A stretch of DNA of 64,000 nucleotides from the human T2T-CHM13v2.0 reference genome, Homo sapiens, in NCBI RefSeq assembly GCF_009914755.1, contig NC_060944.1. One strand, given 5' to 3'. Below the pieces are notes generated by a model that had not been told where the DNA came from, did no database searches, and was given only the letters and a program-made list of their open reading frames with translations. The first letter of the stretch is position 1. Each line of letters begins with the position of its first letter. Positions 26,947-40,122 of this stretch are shown here, in pieces. The translations under genes and the position numbers were made by a program.

Positions 26947-27310
26947 TGCCATGTTCTGAATGTTTATGGGCCACCAAAATTTATATTTTCAAATCTTAAC
27001 GTCCAAAGTGATGGTATTAGGAAACGGGGTCCTTAGGAAGTAATTAGGTCATGAGGGCAGAGCACTCATGAGTGAGATTAGTACCCTATAAAAATGGCCC
27101 CAGATAGCTCCCTTGGTCTTTTCCACCATGTGAGGATACATTGAGAGTTGGCAGCCTGCAACTCGGAAGAGGATCCTTACCAGAACTTAGCCATGCTGGC
27201 ACCCTGATCTTGGACTTCCAGTCTCCAGAACAATAAGAAATAAATTTCTGTAATTTATAAGTGGTTCAGTCTATGGTACATTGGTATAGTGGTCCAAATG
27301 GACCAAGACA
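26947..27310 (+). mobile_element. MLT1A solo LTR
   Basis: tgccatgttctgaatgttt...ggacttccagtctccagaac..aataaa..gaccaagaca; 5-bp TSD agcat at 26942-26946 and 27311-27315. Confidence 0.9.
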
Positions 27311-27489
27311 AGCATCCCCTGGAATAATCTAAGATGTAAAGAACAGTACAAGGAATTAGGAGAATGGCTGTCAGGCAAGCACATCACTTGCAGTATATTT
27401 TGTGTGTTGAGAGGGAGAAGTGGTCACTGTGTAAGATGTGTTCTGGAAAGATTTGCCAGAGAAAGTAGAATTTAAACTGGACATTGAGG

Positions 27490-27960
27490 AATGCAGTCAT
27501 CTTCCCCTTTCCAATAATTGCATTTGATTTCCTCCTGGGGAACTCTCACCTCCTCCACCATCATCACATGTGGTTTATGATGGGAACTATATTCCAGACT
27601 TGAGGGGTGTCCATAAGACTCAGGTCTAACTGGCCAAGGCATCACATCCCCTTGGTCACAGGAATTGCTTCTGGGATGAGGACTTGACTGAAACCACAAG
27701 AGGAAGCCTAATAAACATGTTCAGCTGTTAGGAAAGAGAGCAGCTTCTAGGCTGTAGTGCTCAAAGATTAATGTCCACTGAGAAGACACAAGATTTGAAG
27801 ATTGAGAAAAACTGAGGTCTGAATATGTGAAGCATGAATCCTGACTCACTCCTGGGACTTCTCTGGATATGTGAGCGAATAAATGACTAAATTCAATTTT
27901 TTGCTCAAGTCGATTTGATTAGCCTGGTTTTCCATATCTTGCAGTTAAAAGTGCTCTAGG
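27490..27960 (+). mobile_element. Old MLT1 (J/K-like) LTR
   Basis: gcatcacatccccttggtcacagg..ctgggacttctc..tgtgagcgaataaa..tcttgcagttaaaag. Confidence 0.6.
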
Positions 27961-27988
27961 ATTTAGATATGAGTATAGCTTTTCCTTT

Positions 27989-28134
27989 TATATATACGTC
28001 TGTATATATATGTATATATATACACATCTATACATATATGTATATATATGTATATGTGTATGTATATATATACATATATACATATATACGTATACGTATA
28101 CACATATATACGTATATGTATACATATATATATA
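27989..28134. repeat. Complex (TA/TG/CA)n purine-pyrimidine alternating tract
   Basis: Read directly. Confidence 0.95.
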
Positions 28135-28868
28135 TTCTTGTAGTCTTAACAAGACGTCTTTCTTGTTCCTTTTATCTTTTTTATGATTCTTTTAATTTTA
28201 TTGACATCACTGTAGAAACACCTTTTTTTCAGCTGTAATTATGTCCTGTGTTCAGATCACTCATTCCCAAAACCGAATTGAAAATGCTTTCTCACCAGTT
28301 ACTTCAAACCTGGACTCTCTTTTTGAGCCCATAAACTTCATAGAAGGTAAAAAATAAGGTGAAAGCTAACATATTTTAAGGAAAGGTGATATCTTTTAAC
28401 ATTTAATATATTAATTTATTTTTTGACTTTGTAAAGTAAAACATTTTAAAGAAATTTTTTTCAGTAGCAACCTTTATCAAACTATATCTTATTTTCAAAT
28501 AATGATAGAAATAGTCTCACAAATAAGCTGAAAATTCACTAACTTAAAAAAGAGACCTAATGAATATGACAGTTTAGTATTTTAAGATAGCATCAAAATT
28601 TGACAATTTATTGCCAGTGTCAAATAGCATAAAGCAATCAGAAATACCTCAAGGAAAGAAACACTGAAAATAAATAAACCTGAATTTTCAAAATTTCCCT
28701 TAGAACCAACTTATAGTACACAGTTCTAAAATTTGTGTTTCTGGGATTACTTATGGTAAAGTTCCAGAACTGGCAGAAAAGTGACCACTGTTTTAGATTA
28801 TACTACTCACAATAATTGCCATCAATTGAGTGCTCACCAAGTAGACACTTCATATACCTGTCTTTCTT

Positions 28869-29171
<303 letters not shown>

Positions 29172-30002
29172 TAATCCTTATAACCAAATCTGAGCCTTCA
29201 TTGAGTGGGTAAGAATCTGATGTAAAGCGTTAACCTTTCCTGACCACACATGGTGAATAAACAGTAGAGCTGGGGTCTAATCCCAAGTCCCTCTGAGTCT
29301 AGAGTCTGAACACTCTACATCTGCCATTTCTAATTTGATTTTCCTCCCTCCCTCTTGCCACACACCTCATCCTTCTGCAGTACCTTTGAACTCAGCACAC
29401 TGAAGAGGCTGAAATTTACCTGGAGTGACCTTTTCACCTGGACATATCAACACCACCAACAACAGTAGCCTGGCACTGTTTTTTCCCCTTCAAGCCTGAA
29501 GGGGGCAATGGGCAGTATCAGAGCGGGAGGGCTCATCCCTGTAGCTTTTGGCAAGGCTGAGATTCTCCTGTGACAGAATTATCTACATTAGGCTTCATCC
29601 GACAGGAGTGCAGTGAGGAGTGACATTGGTGTTTCAGCCAGAGTTCCCTCATTCTCCTGTCAAAGATAAGTCATCAACGCAGCAGCTGCATCCAATGACC
29701 TCTCACTGCATTCTGGTCCACCCTGAGGTTCCACACTTCATTAAACACTTGCCCTTCCATACCTACCATTCACACTTGGGATGAAAATGCAAGCGACTCC
29801 TTGTTATGCATGGAAGAGTATGTATCTTAGCCTGGATATGCTTTGCTCTGCTCTAGGCTCTTAAAACATATGGAATATTTGCTGGAATGAATGAATCCTC
29901 AGATTAGGAGGAATGGGCATGGTTGTCCTTTGGAAGTTAAGCATCTTTTTTGAAAATGTGCGTGGAGACAGAAAATCTGTTTATATGGCTTTATGAACCC
30001 CC

Positions 30003-30220
30003 TTTTTTTTTTTTTTTTTTTTTTGAGACGGAGGCTCGCTCTGTCGCCCAGGCTGAGTGCAGTGGCGCGATCTCGGCTTACTGCAAGCTCCGCCTCCTGG
30101 GTTCACGCCATTCTCCTTCCTCAGCCTCACGAGTAGCTGGAACTACAGGCTCCTGCCACCACTCCCAGCTTAGTTTTTGTATTTTTAGTAGAGATGGGGT
30201 TTCACCTTGTTAGCCAGGAT
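30003..30220 (-). mobile_element. 5'-truncated AluY
   Basis: AluY diagnostics caagctccgcc, cacgccattctc and gttagccaggat; T22 tail; TSD atgaacc(c/a)ctttt. Confidence 0.93.
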
Positions 30221-30689
30221 ATGAACCACTTTTTAACCAGTGACTTGTTGAATATATTTTCAAAATTGAGTTTTCTGTAGACTACTTAGTCCTGGAATTT
30301 TTAGATAATTAATTGTTGTGTCTTTTTATCCTGATTTTCTAGAATGTTCTCATAAATGTGTAAAAACCATCGCAATATAGCCCTCTTCCCCACCATCTAG
30401 CATAATACCATATAAATATGAATTACCTATTAAGGAAATAACAAAAGACTTTGTATTGGTCCACATCGAATTTAATAATCTTGATTTTTCCCTAAATGTG
30501 TACTCTGGTAATGGAGTGAAAGCTCCTACTATGCTTATAGATGGCAAGAACAGAAAGCAGCATTCTTCTTAAATCCTGAGCTCTACACATTTTCTTGGAG
30601 TTTGCAATAGAAATCACTTGTTTCTGCCAGCTTGATAACACTTGATGGACAACAGAGCCCTTAATGTCCACACAGGTGAGCACCCCCTT

Positions 30690-31110
30690 CTTTTCTTTTG
30701 ATTCTCCTGGTTGGCATTGCCTTTACTCCAGGGTCAGACTAATTCAGCACTGGCCTTAGTAACTGGCTAGAAAATAGGTGCATGAACCAAGGCAAGCCCC
30801 TGAGTGCCCTCACCAGGACTTTTGATGGAGCTACCACAAAAGTTGATTTTTACTATGTTGGTGGCACATAAGCCTGGAACTAATAGAGGCCATCCTTGTC
30901 CTTATTTGAGGTGATGTTGCCTAAAAAGAAATTCAGCAGAGAAAAGCAGCAGGACTGAGAGATGAAGAGAAGATTTCCTAAGACACAGTTGTCATTGTGG
31001 CTGAAGTTGGGCTATTTTGAACTTTACATAATGAAACACACACTCCTATTTGTTTAAGCTCACTAGAACTAAGTTTTCTGTTACCTACAACCAAAGTGTC
31101 ATACTAACAC
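30690..31110 (+). mobile_element. Old MLT1 (K-like) LTR
   Basis: aagcctggaact..ggccatc..gtttaagctcactagaactaagttttctgttacctacaaccaaag..actaacaca. Confidence 0.65.
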
Positions 31111-31630
31111 AGGAATTCTAAATACAATCTACTCATGTCCATAACCCATCGGAAATTTTCTATGGGATTAGATCTTTCAAGAAATATTCTTATGCAAGTG
31201 GGTTGATCTGGGTACTCTTTCATGCATTGAAGTTTTTCTAAGTCTCTCTGGTGCAAATCCAGGTGTGGTAAATATGTGGGATTCCCAAGAATATGCCCGA
31301 GATATGGGGTGAATCCCTACTTTTTGCAGGAACCACACTGAACTCAGCCAAGATGACTTAAAGAGATCTTGACAGTATCTGAGGAATACTGGCTTAGACA
31401 GTATCTCTCAACTTCTAGGGGTCAGAAGTGTGATGAAAAATAATTGAGAAGGGACTTAAAGGTTTTCATATTTACCTGAAACATTCTTCAGCTTCCTGAA
31501 TTATGTACTAAAGTTAAAATCAAAGCACCCTTTTGTATTCTGAATACCCTAAATACGAGAAACTTTTCTGAATCTTTACAGATAAATAAAAAGTCAGCAG
31601 TCTTATCTCTTATACATCATTTTTTATTTC

Positions 31631-31764
31631 ATTAGTTCTCAAACTTCAGAATGAATCAGAATCACCTGGAGGGCCTATTAAACCACAGTATTGTTTTCTA
31701 ACAATTTGCATTCAACAAGTTCCAGGTGATGCTGATCTGGGGTACCATACTTTAAGAATCACTG
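31631..31764. mobile_element. MER5A
   Basis: gttctcaaactt..atcagaatcacctggaggg..aacaagttccaggtgatgctgat..ctttaagaatcactg. Confidence 0.85.
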
Positions 31765-32809
31765 ACACATCTCAATACCATTCACATGATAAGTGACAGT
31801 GTTGGGTGAATGGCTAACACTGAGAGGGTAAGCTGCACATTTGATGACAATTACTCAGTAGAACCCATTGCTGATGAAGAAGGTAAAAAACATGTTCCTG
31901 GATATATTGATTTAATCATTTCTCATCTTTTTGGGGTGCAAAGATGCATTTCTATGCCCCTGAACATAGCAACCTTCTCTCCTAGCTGAGCCACGTTCCC
32001 TAAATAGCATACACTGGTGAAGTAAAGCCATTCTGTTGCCTGCTTCTCTTTCTGTGGCTTAAACAGAGTTTGCAGTGGCCTGAAAAGTCATCAGTCATGA
32101 GAAACAAGCTTTTCTAAACACTAGGCCAGACAGAACAGATTAGGAAATCTCCAAACTGGATAATTAGTCAAGAAAAATAAATATCCTTTAGCAAAAACCA
32201 TAATAATCACATTGAGCTTTCAGCTAATCAATTTACTGGGCCATCTGTCTAAGGAACGATGGCAGAGGTCTATGCCCAATCTGTGAACCTGCGGGGGGGT
32301 TGGGGGAGACTGTGATCAATGGAAACTTCTTGTGGACCTAAAGGAACCTGAAAGAGCAAGTCTTCCACCCACAGCCTTTCATGCCTAGAGGTTGTGGGGA
32401 GCCTCACTTTCAGAGAACATTTCTGTGGCTGTTGCTGGACATTGAGATGCACATTTTCAGGCTGTCACCCAGTTTGCACATGAGATGGGCTGCATCTGTT
32501 CATCTAAAGATTGTGCCAGCAGCCTTTCTTAGGAAAATTTTTATATTTTAAATTATTACAATTATTTCCTAAAATTGTTGTATAATTTTTAGTTGATATT
32601 ATTTACTTTTAGTGAGGTGGCCTTACAGAGCTCCTACTATGTGTAATCTTCCATATGAAAGCATTATAAATGACCTGAGATAATCGTGGCTTCAAGGAAC
32701 TTGTGGAATGATTAGGGCAAGAAAACACATGAAGGGCATCATCTCCACGAGGCCTCCAGCCTTAGCCCAACAGTAATTAGATGCCCTCCATCTAGGGGCT
32801 TCTATGCAT

Positions 32810-32950
32810 GGGGATAATCTCATCTGTCTGTAGTTCAGCAGACTGGAAACAGATTCTAAGAAAAGAGGAAGGTCTTGTTTGTATGCTCAGCATCTATTAC
32901 AGTGACTGACATATGGTAGACAGTCCATTAGTGTGTCATGAATAAATGAG
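32810..32950 (+). mobile_element. L2 3' end
   Basis: acagtgactgacatatggtagacagtcc..atgaataaatga. Confidence 0.5.
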
Positions 32951-33239
32951 AATGCTCTAGAATGCATGGCAGCATGTACTATCTGCATCAGCACAGATTT
33001 TAATTATCTTAAGAGTTAAGAGGACAGGACAATTCATAGAGTGCTCAGGGAAATCTACTCCAAACATGCACTCTGTAAGTTTAACATAAGAGAAAAGAAG
33101 ATGATCTATGTGGATGGTACAACATTCACAGGCAAGAGAAGGGAAGTGTACCCAGAGCTCTGTGACAGTAATGATACTGCTTCCTATAGTGGAGACTTCA
33201 CCTTGGAGAAGTAGGAAAAGATGATGGTGAAAGCCATGT

Positions 33240-33430
33240 CAAGTAACTTAATGGATTATTTCACAGGCTCTACAACAATGCCACGAAGCAGCCACTATTA
33301 TAGCTGAGCAAACAAACGCTGAGAAAAGATAAGCATCTGCTCCACATCCCACAGTGAGACATAGTACAGCTAGGCTTGGAGGCCAGTTCTCTGCTCTCAA
33401 GTCTGAACTGGTAACTACTGCAGTATACTG
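33240..33430 (-). mobile_element. MIR
   Basis: tagctgagcaaacaaacgctgagaaaagataagc..ctccacatcccacag. Confidence 0.5.
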
Positions 33431-33996
33431 CCACCCTGTGAGATCAAGCAGAGGCCTCCCGGACTTGAACCAAGAATCACTGATCTAAAACCATTTTCTT
33501 TACCTTTGAGTTTTACTGAACTGTGAACCAGGGACTGCAGTCGGAAGTCAGTTGAAAGTCTAATGGTTTGTAGAGAATTAATGGTTCCTAGATTATCTTA
33601 ATGGTACTGGCTGGTGAAGTAAGCCAGCCAGCACAGAAGATCAAAGTCAGCATACTAGGAAGAAACAAGCCACATTAGTCTGTGTCAGAGTTTGGGTCCT
33701 GAGTTCAGGGACTGGATTTGTCACAATCTTCCCAGGAATGTTAAGGGTATGGTATTTGTGTGGGTCTGCTGAGCCCATCATTGGTTTGAATATATGGACT
33801 CTTGCTCTGGAAAGCATTGTTTCAGTAATGGGGATCCCAGCCATCTCAGTGGACCATGCTTACTGGTTCTGATGGTCTCTGGCTTTCTACTTTGTACAAG
33901 AGTTACCATGTTGCTTTGAAATCCCCAATGCCATAGGCCAGGTGGGCTCTACTCTACCCATCCCTGTCCGTCATTTCACAGATATACGCTTCTTAC

Positions 33997-34631
33997 TAAT
34001 ACAGGAGTTATTAAGAAATAATTTTTAGGCAGATAGAAAGGGTGAAAGTTCTTGGTGGAATTTTCCTTTAATGAAAAGCAACCACCAAACCATTTCTTCT
34101 CTAACAGAAAGCAGCCTAGAAGTCAGGCATAGATACGCACACTAGAAGCTTTTATATGTAAATGCAAGCAGCTCTACCTGGAAGCCAGGTGCATTCCATA
34201 TGGAGCCTCTTGCCCTCTTTTCCTTGTCACTACGTGTGCCAGATGTCATGACAGCCTCCAGATAAAGCCACGTATGCAGGACAACATGGCGACAGGCCAG
34301 GAAGCCGTATTTGCATATTAAAATGCTAGAGTGGGAGGGCCAGTTTTTTTGCGGGCTACGTGAATGACGTACCTCGTCAAACCAATCCCCTGGGCCCTAT
34401 GCAAATCAGACACCACCTCCTCCAGCCTCCCAATATAACCAACTGCTTTTCACCATAGGCAGGGCTTTTCCATCCGGAGCCCACCTCCCTCTTTATGGGG
34501 GAGCTGTTTTCTTCTTTCTTGCCCGTTGAACTTTTTGTTCTTTAAACCACTCCACATGTGTCCGTGTCACTAATTTTCTCGGCGCATGACCAAGGACCCT
34601 GGGTGCTTCTCCAGGCAACAGAGCCATATCA
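33997..34631 (+). mobile_element. ERV1 solo LTR, LTR9 family
   Basis: taatacaggag..aagaaataatttttaggcagatag..ctacctggaagccagg..aaccaatc..tatgcaaatcagacacc..gagccatatca; 4-bp TSD ttac at 33993-33996 and 34632-34635. Confidence 0.85.
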
Positions 34632-35039
34632 TTACTTTCAATGTTTTGCTTCAACCATCTGAGACTGTAGCTAAGATGAGTGTCCTGGAAGCTCTCCATC
34701 CAAGGATCTGTAGGTACATGGCGGGCTCTGCTTCCCCTGGCATTGCAGCTTTTCTGACACGGACTGCTCATCAGTTTGAGCCACTATATAATTGGAAACA
34801 TGGGTATGATACATCAGGATGCCCACAGCCTGAGTTCATAGTTATTCCTCAGCAGAAGTCAGACATCAATGGTACATGGCAATGGATGTAGGGGAAGAGG
34901 CAGCTAAAGTCAAGCATCCAGTTGAAACATCAGCACTGGAAGCATTATATTTTATTCGAATATTAAGCTCTCTCTGATGTATTCTGGGACAGGAAAAACT
35001 ACCCTTGGTAGATGGAGTGATATTCACTTATGCAATGTC

Positions 35040-35545
35040 AAATATGGTTAGAGTACCCTAGGCACTGTCCTAGATGGTGGAAATATGGTGATAAAGGCAG
35101 AAAAAGCACCCATTTTCATGAAGCTTATGATCTAGTAGAGAGAGACTGATAATAAACTATAAGAAATATATAATTATATAACTATATAATATGTATATGA
35201 TTATTATATAATTATGTAAGTTACATTATATAATTATAATGTGTAATAATTATATAATTATATCACATAATTATGTAATATATAATATTAACATGTTAAA
35301 AAGAAAAACAAGCCAGCTGGGAATAGAAAGTTATGAGATGAGCATATTGCTTTAGTTAGAATAGTCACAGAAGTTTTTTTTAAAGAGCTTGAGATTTGAG
35401 ACTAGACCTGGATGAAGGAGAATGAGATGGAAATTTGGGGAAGAAGAGTGCTCCAAGAGGGGAAGTCATAAGTGCAAAGGTCCTAAGGCAGAAATGAGAG
35501 TAACATGTTTGAGAACTGCAGGGCCAGAAGGGCTAAAGCAAAATG
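35040..35545 (-). mobile_element. L2 fragment with an AT-rich low-complexity insert (~35155-35292)
   Basis: ctaggcactgtcctag..ttcatgaagcttatgatctagt..gatttgagactagacctggatga..gtgcaaaggtcctaaggcagaaa. Confidence 0.7.
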
Positions 35546-38500
35546 AAATGTCACCACCCACATGTCCACCAAAATCTAGCCTTGATATATCAACGCCACA
35601 GTTTGAAATACACATACTGCAGTCTTAAGTTCAAGCTCAAAGTAAATCGTAAACAAATAATCAGGAAGTACCCCAAGAAGTAACTCTGAGACTGGGACAA
35701 ATGCAGAGACATGGAAGCCAAGAGTTTCCAGAGTGGAATCAACGATAACAGGAACCAAGAACATATGAGCCTATGTTTAGCAAATGGGGAAGGTTGTATA
35801 CATTCAGCTGAGTCTTAAAGAGTAAGACTAAAAGTCATCAGTGAATGGCTAAACTGTAGGGCAGAAGTGAAACAGTGTATAGAGAAAGCAGGTAGTCACA
35901 GAAAGGGGAAAGAATTAGTCAAGAGAGGAAGACCACAGAGGTAAAGTGCCACTTTCATCACATAACAACATTGACATTGATCACCAGGCTGAGGTAGTGT
36001 TTGTCAGGCTTCTCCCCTCTAAAGTTACCCTCTTTCCTCACAATTTCCATACTGTGCTCTTTAAAGGAAGTAACTATGCATAGCTCATACCAAACAGTAG
36101 AAGTTGATACCCACCTCTTCCTTGAAGGTTGAGAATTTAAATAAATTATTTGGAATTATTCTGTACTTGATATTTGTCCATTTCCTTCATTTAATTATTT
36201 ATGCAATCATTTATTTATGTTAATATGGGCTCATAAATACTTTATACTTTGGGTTATAATCCAATATTTTTCTATTGATTTTATTGTTTAAATTTCTCTA
36301 GCTTTGACCATTGAGAACTCTTTAAGTTGGCTTCTGTGTCCCTTTGCCATATCCCCATCAGAGTGAGGTATTTTTCCAGGTACTTTCGTACTTTCTGGCA
36401 ATACCACATTTTTAAGGCTCATCCTATATATTTCATTTGACAATCCTAGGAGCTACCATTTTTACAAGAAGCACTGTACTGTTAATGGTGAATGGTATGA
36501 CAAACCAATATCTGGGTCATAGGTGTGCTCATTGCTACTGTGGTGTCATTGCTTCCAGTAGTATATTTACATATTTATAAAATTTATATATGTAGCCATA
36601 TGTATCTATATTAAGCTAAATATCAGTTAGCACTGATGTCTCCTACTCTAATTTATTACCATGTGGAGCATTTGACTCTCCTCTCCTTATGTATTTATAA
36701 CTTCCCCTCAACATCTAGAAATCTGATTCCTACCATCCACTGAATTGTCCAATTTCAGGATACATGTGCATTGGCAACAGAATTATTAACCCATATATTC
36801 ATGAAAATCAACTCTATCCACCACAGTATGGTGTCTATGTACACTCTCTTTTGTCTTTAGTCTTACAGACTCTACTCCACTCAAAGAGTGGACTCCACTT
36901 ATATCCAAAGTTATTGAGTTCAGCACCTTTTCCTCCACCCTGCTCAGTGAAGTTGTTTCATAGATTTGTAATTTAGGTAAATTATTTTGTCACGTGCTGC
37001 ATTCCATCTCGGGCTCTCCCAAACTCCTAAATGATTTTTTAAAATTTTCACACACTAATGTTTGTTCTACAGTAAATTTCTGTGGGATTTAATATACGCA
37101 TAGTTTATGTTTCCACAATTATAGTATTAAACAGAAAAATTCTACTGCCCTAAAAAATTTCCCTGTGTATCACTTGTTCAACCTGCCTTTTTTCCCTCTA
37201 AACCCCTGGCAAACATTGATATTTTTATCATAACTATAGTGTTGCCTTTTCCAGAATATCATATAATTGGAATTATACAGTATGTAGTCTTTTCATTGTT
37301 TTCTTTCACTTAGAAATATGCTTAGGAATAGGTTTTACTTAGAGATAGAAATTTCAGTTAGAAATATATTTATACCTGCCTTTTTATAACTTGATAGATT
37401 ATTTATTTCTGTCACTAAATAATATTCCCTGGTATAGATATGCCACCATCTGTTTGGCTATTCACCTATTAAAAGACATCTTGGTTGCTTCTATATTTTT
37501 CTAACTTCATAATCATAAAGCTGCTGCTATAAACATTCATGCGATGGTTTTTATCTGGAAAAAAATTTTCAAATCATTTGGGTAAATATCTAGAAACAAT
37601 GAAGGCTGAATCATATGGTAAAACTGTGCTTAACTTTATAAGCAACTGCTAAACTGCTTCTAAAGTAGCTATACCATTTGCATTCCTACCAGCAATATAT
37701 GAGAATTCCTGTTGCTCCACATCCTTAGCAGTAATTAGTATTGTCAGATTTTTGGATTTTTGCCCTTCTAAAGCAATATGCATTAGGTATATACTGATAC
37801 CTCATTATCGTTTTAATTTGAAATTCACTAATTGCAAACGATATTGAGCATGTTTTCATATGCTTATTTTCCATTTGAATATCTTCTTTGGTGAAGGATC
37901 TATTCAGATCTTTCACTCATTTTTAATGTTTTTTCCAATTATTGAGTTTTAAGAGTTCATTATAGATGTTGGATACAAGTTCTCTACCAGACATATGTTT
38001 TTGCAAATATCTTCTTCTAGTTTGTTGCTTGCCTTTTGTTTCTCTTGACAGTGTCTCTGCAGAGCAGTTTTAATTTTAACAAAGTTCAATGCATTAATAT
38101 TTTTCCAAGGGTTGTGATGTTGATATTTTATTTAAAAACCCATCACAAATCCCAGTGGTCATAAATATTTTCTTTTATGTTTTCTTCTAGATGTTCCATA
38201 ATTTTGCATGTTATATTTAGGTATATTATTTGAGTTAATTTTTGCATAAGATCTGTGTTTAAGATTTCTGTGTAGTTTTTAAAAAATTTTTATTATTATT
38301 TGCACATGGATGTCCAATTGATCCAGAATTATATGGTGAAATGACTATTCTTTGTCTATTTTATTGCTTTTACTCCTTTGTCAAAGATTAGCTAACTGTA
38401 TACAGGGGGCCTATTTCTGGACTCTGTACTGTTTCATCATTCTATGTGTCTGTTCTTTTGCTAATACTGTACTAACTTTTTATTGTAGCTTTGGAATATC

Positions 38501-38731
38501 TCTCCATTTATTAATATCATTTCTTTTGTAATAGTTTTGTAGCTTCCCATTTATAGATCTTGTACATATCTTGTTAGGTTTATACACAAATATGTCATTT
38601 GGGGGGCTATTATAAGTGCTATTTTCTTTTCAAATTTTAAATCCCAATTGTTCATTGCTAGTACACAGAAAGTAAATTGACTTGCATATTAACCCTGTAT
38701 CCCAAGTTTGCCATCCCTACTCATTATTTTC

Positions 38732-39207
<476 letters not shown>

Positions 39208-39788
39208 TAGGGACAATTTCTTTCTTTCTTTCTACTTTATAAAGTTTATATTTCTCTTTTTTATCATTGCATTATCTAGAATTTCAAATAGGAAATTGGA
39301 TATGAGTAATGAGAAGGCACATCTTTGACTTGTTCTCAATCTTATGAGGAAAGTGTCCACTTTGCCACCATTAAGCATGATGTTAAATGTAGGCTTTTGT
39401 GGGCATTATTTTTTTTATCATGTTGAGAATTTAACAGCATTCCTAGTTTGCTGAAAGTACTGATCATGAATGAGTGTTGAATTTTTGTCACATGTTTCTC
39501 TGCATCATTTGGTATGATAATGTGATTTTTTAAAGCCTCTCAATGTGGCAGATTACATTTATTGGTTTTTGAATGCTGAATCAGTTTTGCCTGCTTCAAA
39601 TAAATACCACTCTCTCATGGCGTATAATTCTTTTTATACTTTGTTGGCATCAATTTGATAATATTTTGTTGGGAATATTTGCAAATATGTTCATGAAATA
39701 TATTAACCTGTAAGTTTCTTGTAATTTATTAGTTTAGTTTTAGTACTAGGGAAACAGAATGTGTCAGGATGTTCTCCCTCTGATCATA

Positions 39789-39869
39789 TTACGTTGATGC
39801 AAAAGGAATTGCGATTTCTGCCATTACTTTTAAATAGCAAAAATCGCAATTATTTTTGCACCAACCTAA
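39789..39869. mobile_element. MADE1 (Hsmar1-derived MITE)
   Basis: ttacgttgatgcaaaaggaattgcg...cgcaattatttttgcaccaacctaa with TA duplication on both sides. Confidence 0.93.
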
Positions 39870-39988
39870 TAGTCTCTGGAAGAAATTGTGGAAAACAAAT
39901 AGTATTTTTTTTCTATAAATATTTGGTAGAATTCACAAGTGAAGCCCCCTGAGATACTGGTGCTTCATTTTTGTAGATATTGATCTAA

Positions 39989-40122
39989 TACACACATACA
40001 CACACACACACACACACAATACAAATATTGATATATTGGACTTTGTTAAAATTATATATTATACATAGTATGCATATTATACACATATTACATATATTTT
40101 ATATATATATAAAATATATATA
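39989..40122. repeat. (CA)n plus AT-rich simple repeat
   Basis: Read directly. Confidence 0.85.

Noticed and set aside
27969-28238. Y/I-rich 89-aa ORF
   Set aside because: Translation of the (TA)n-type repeat.
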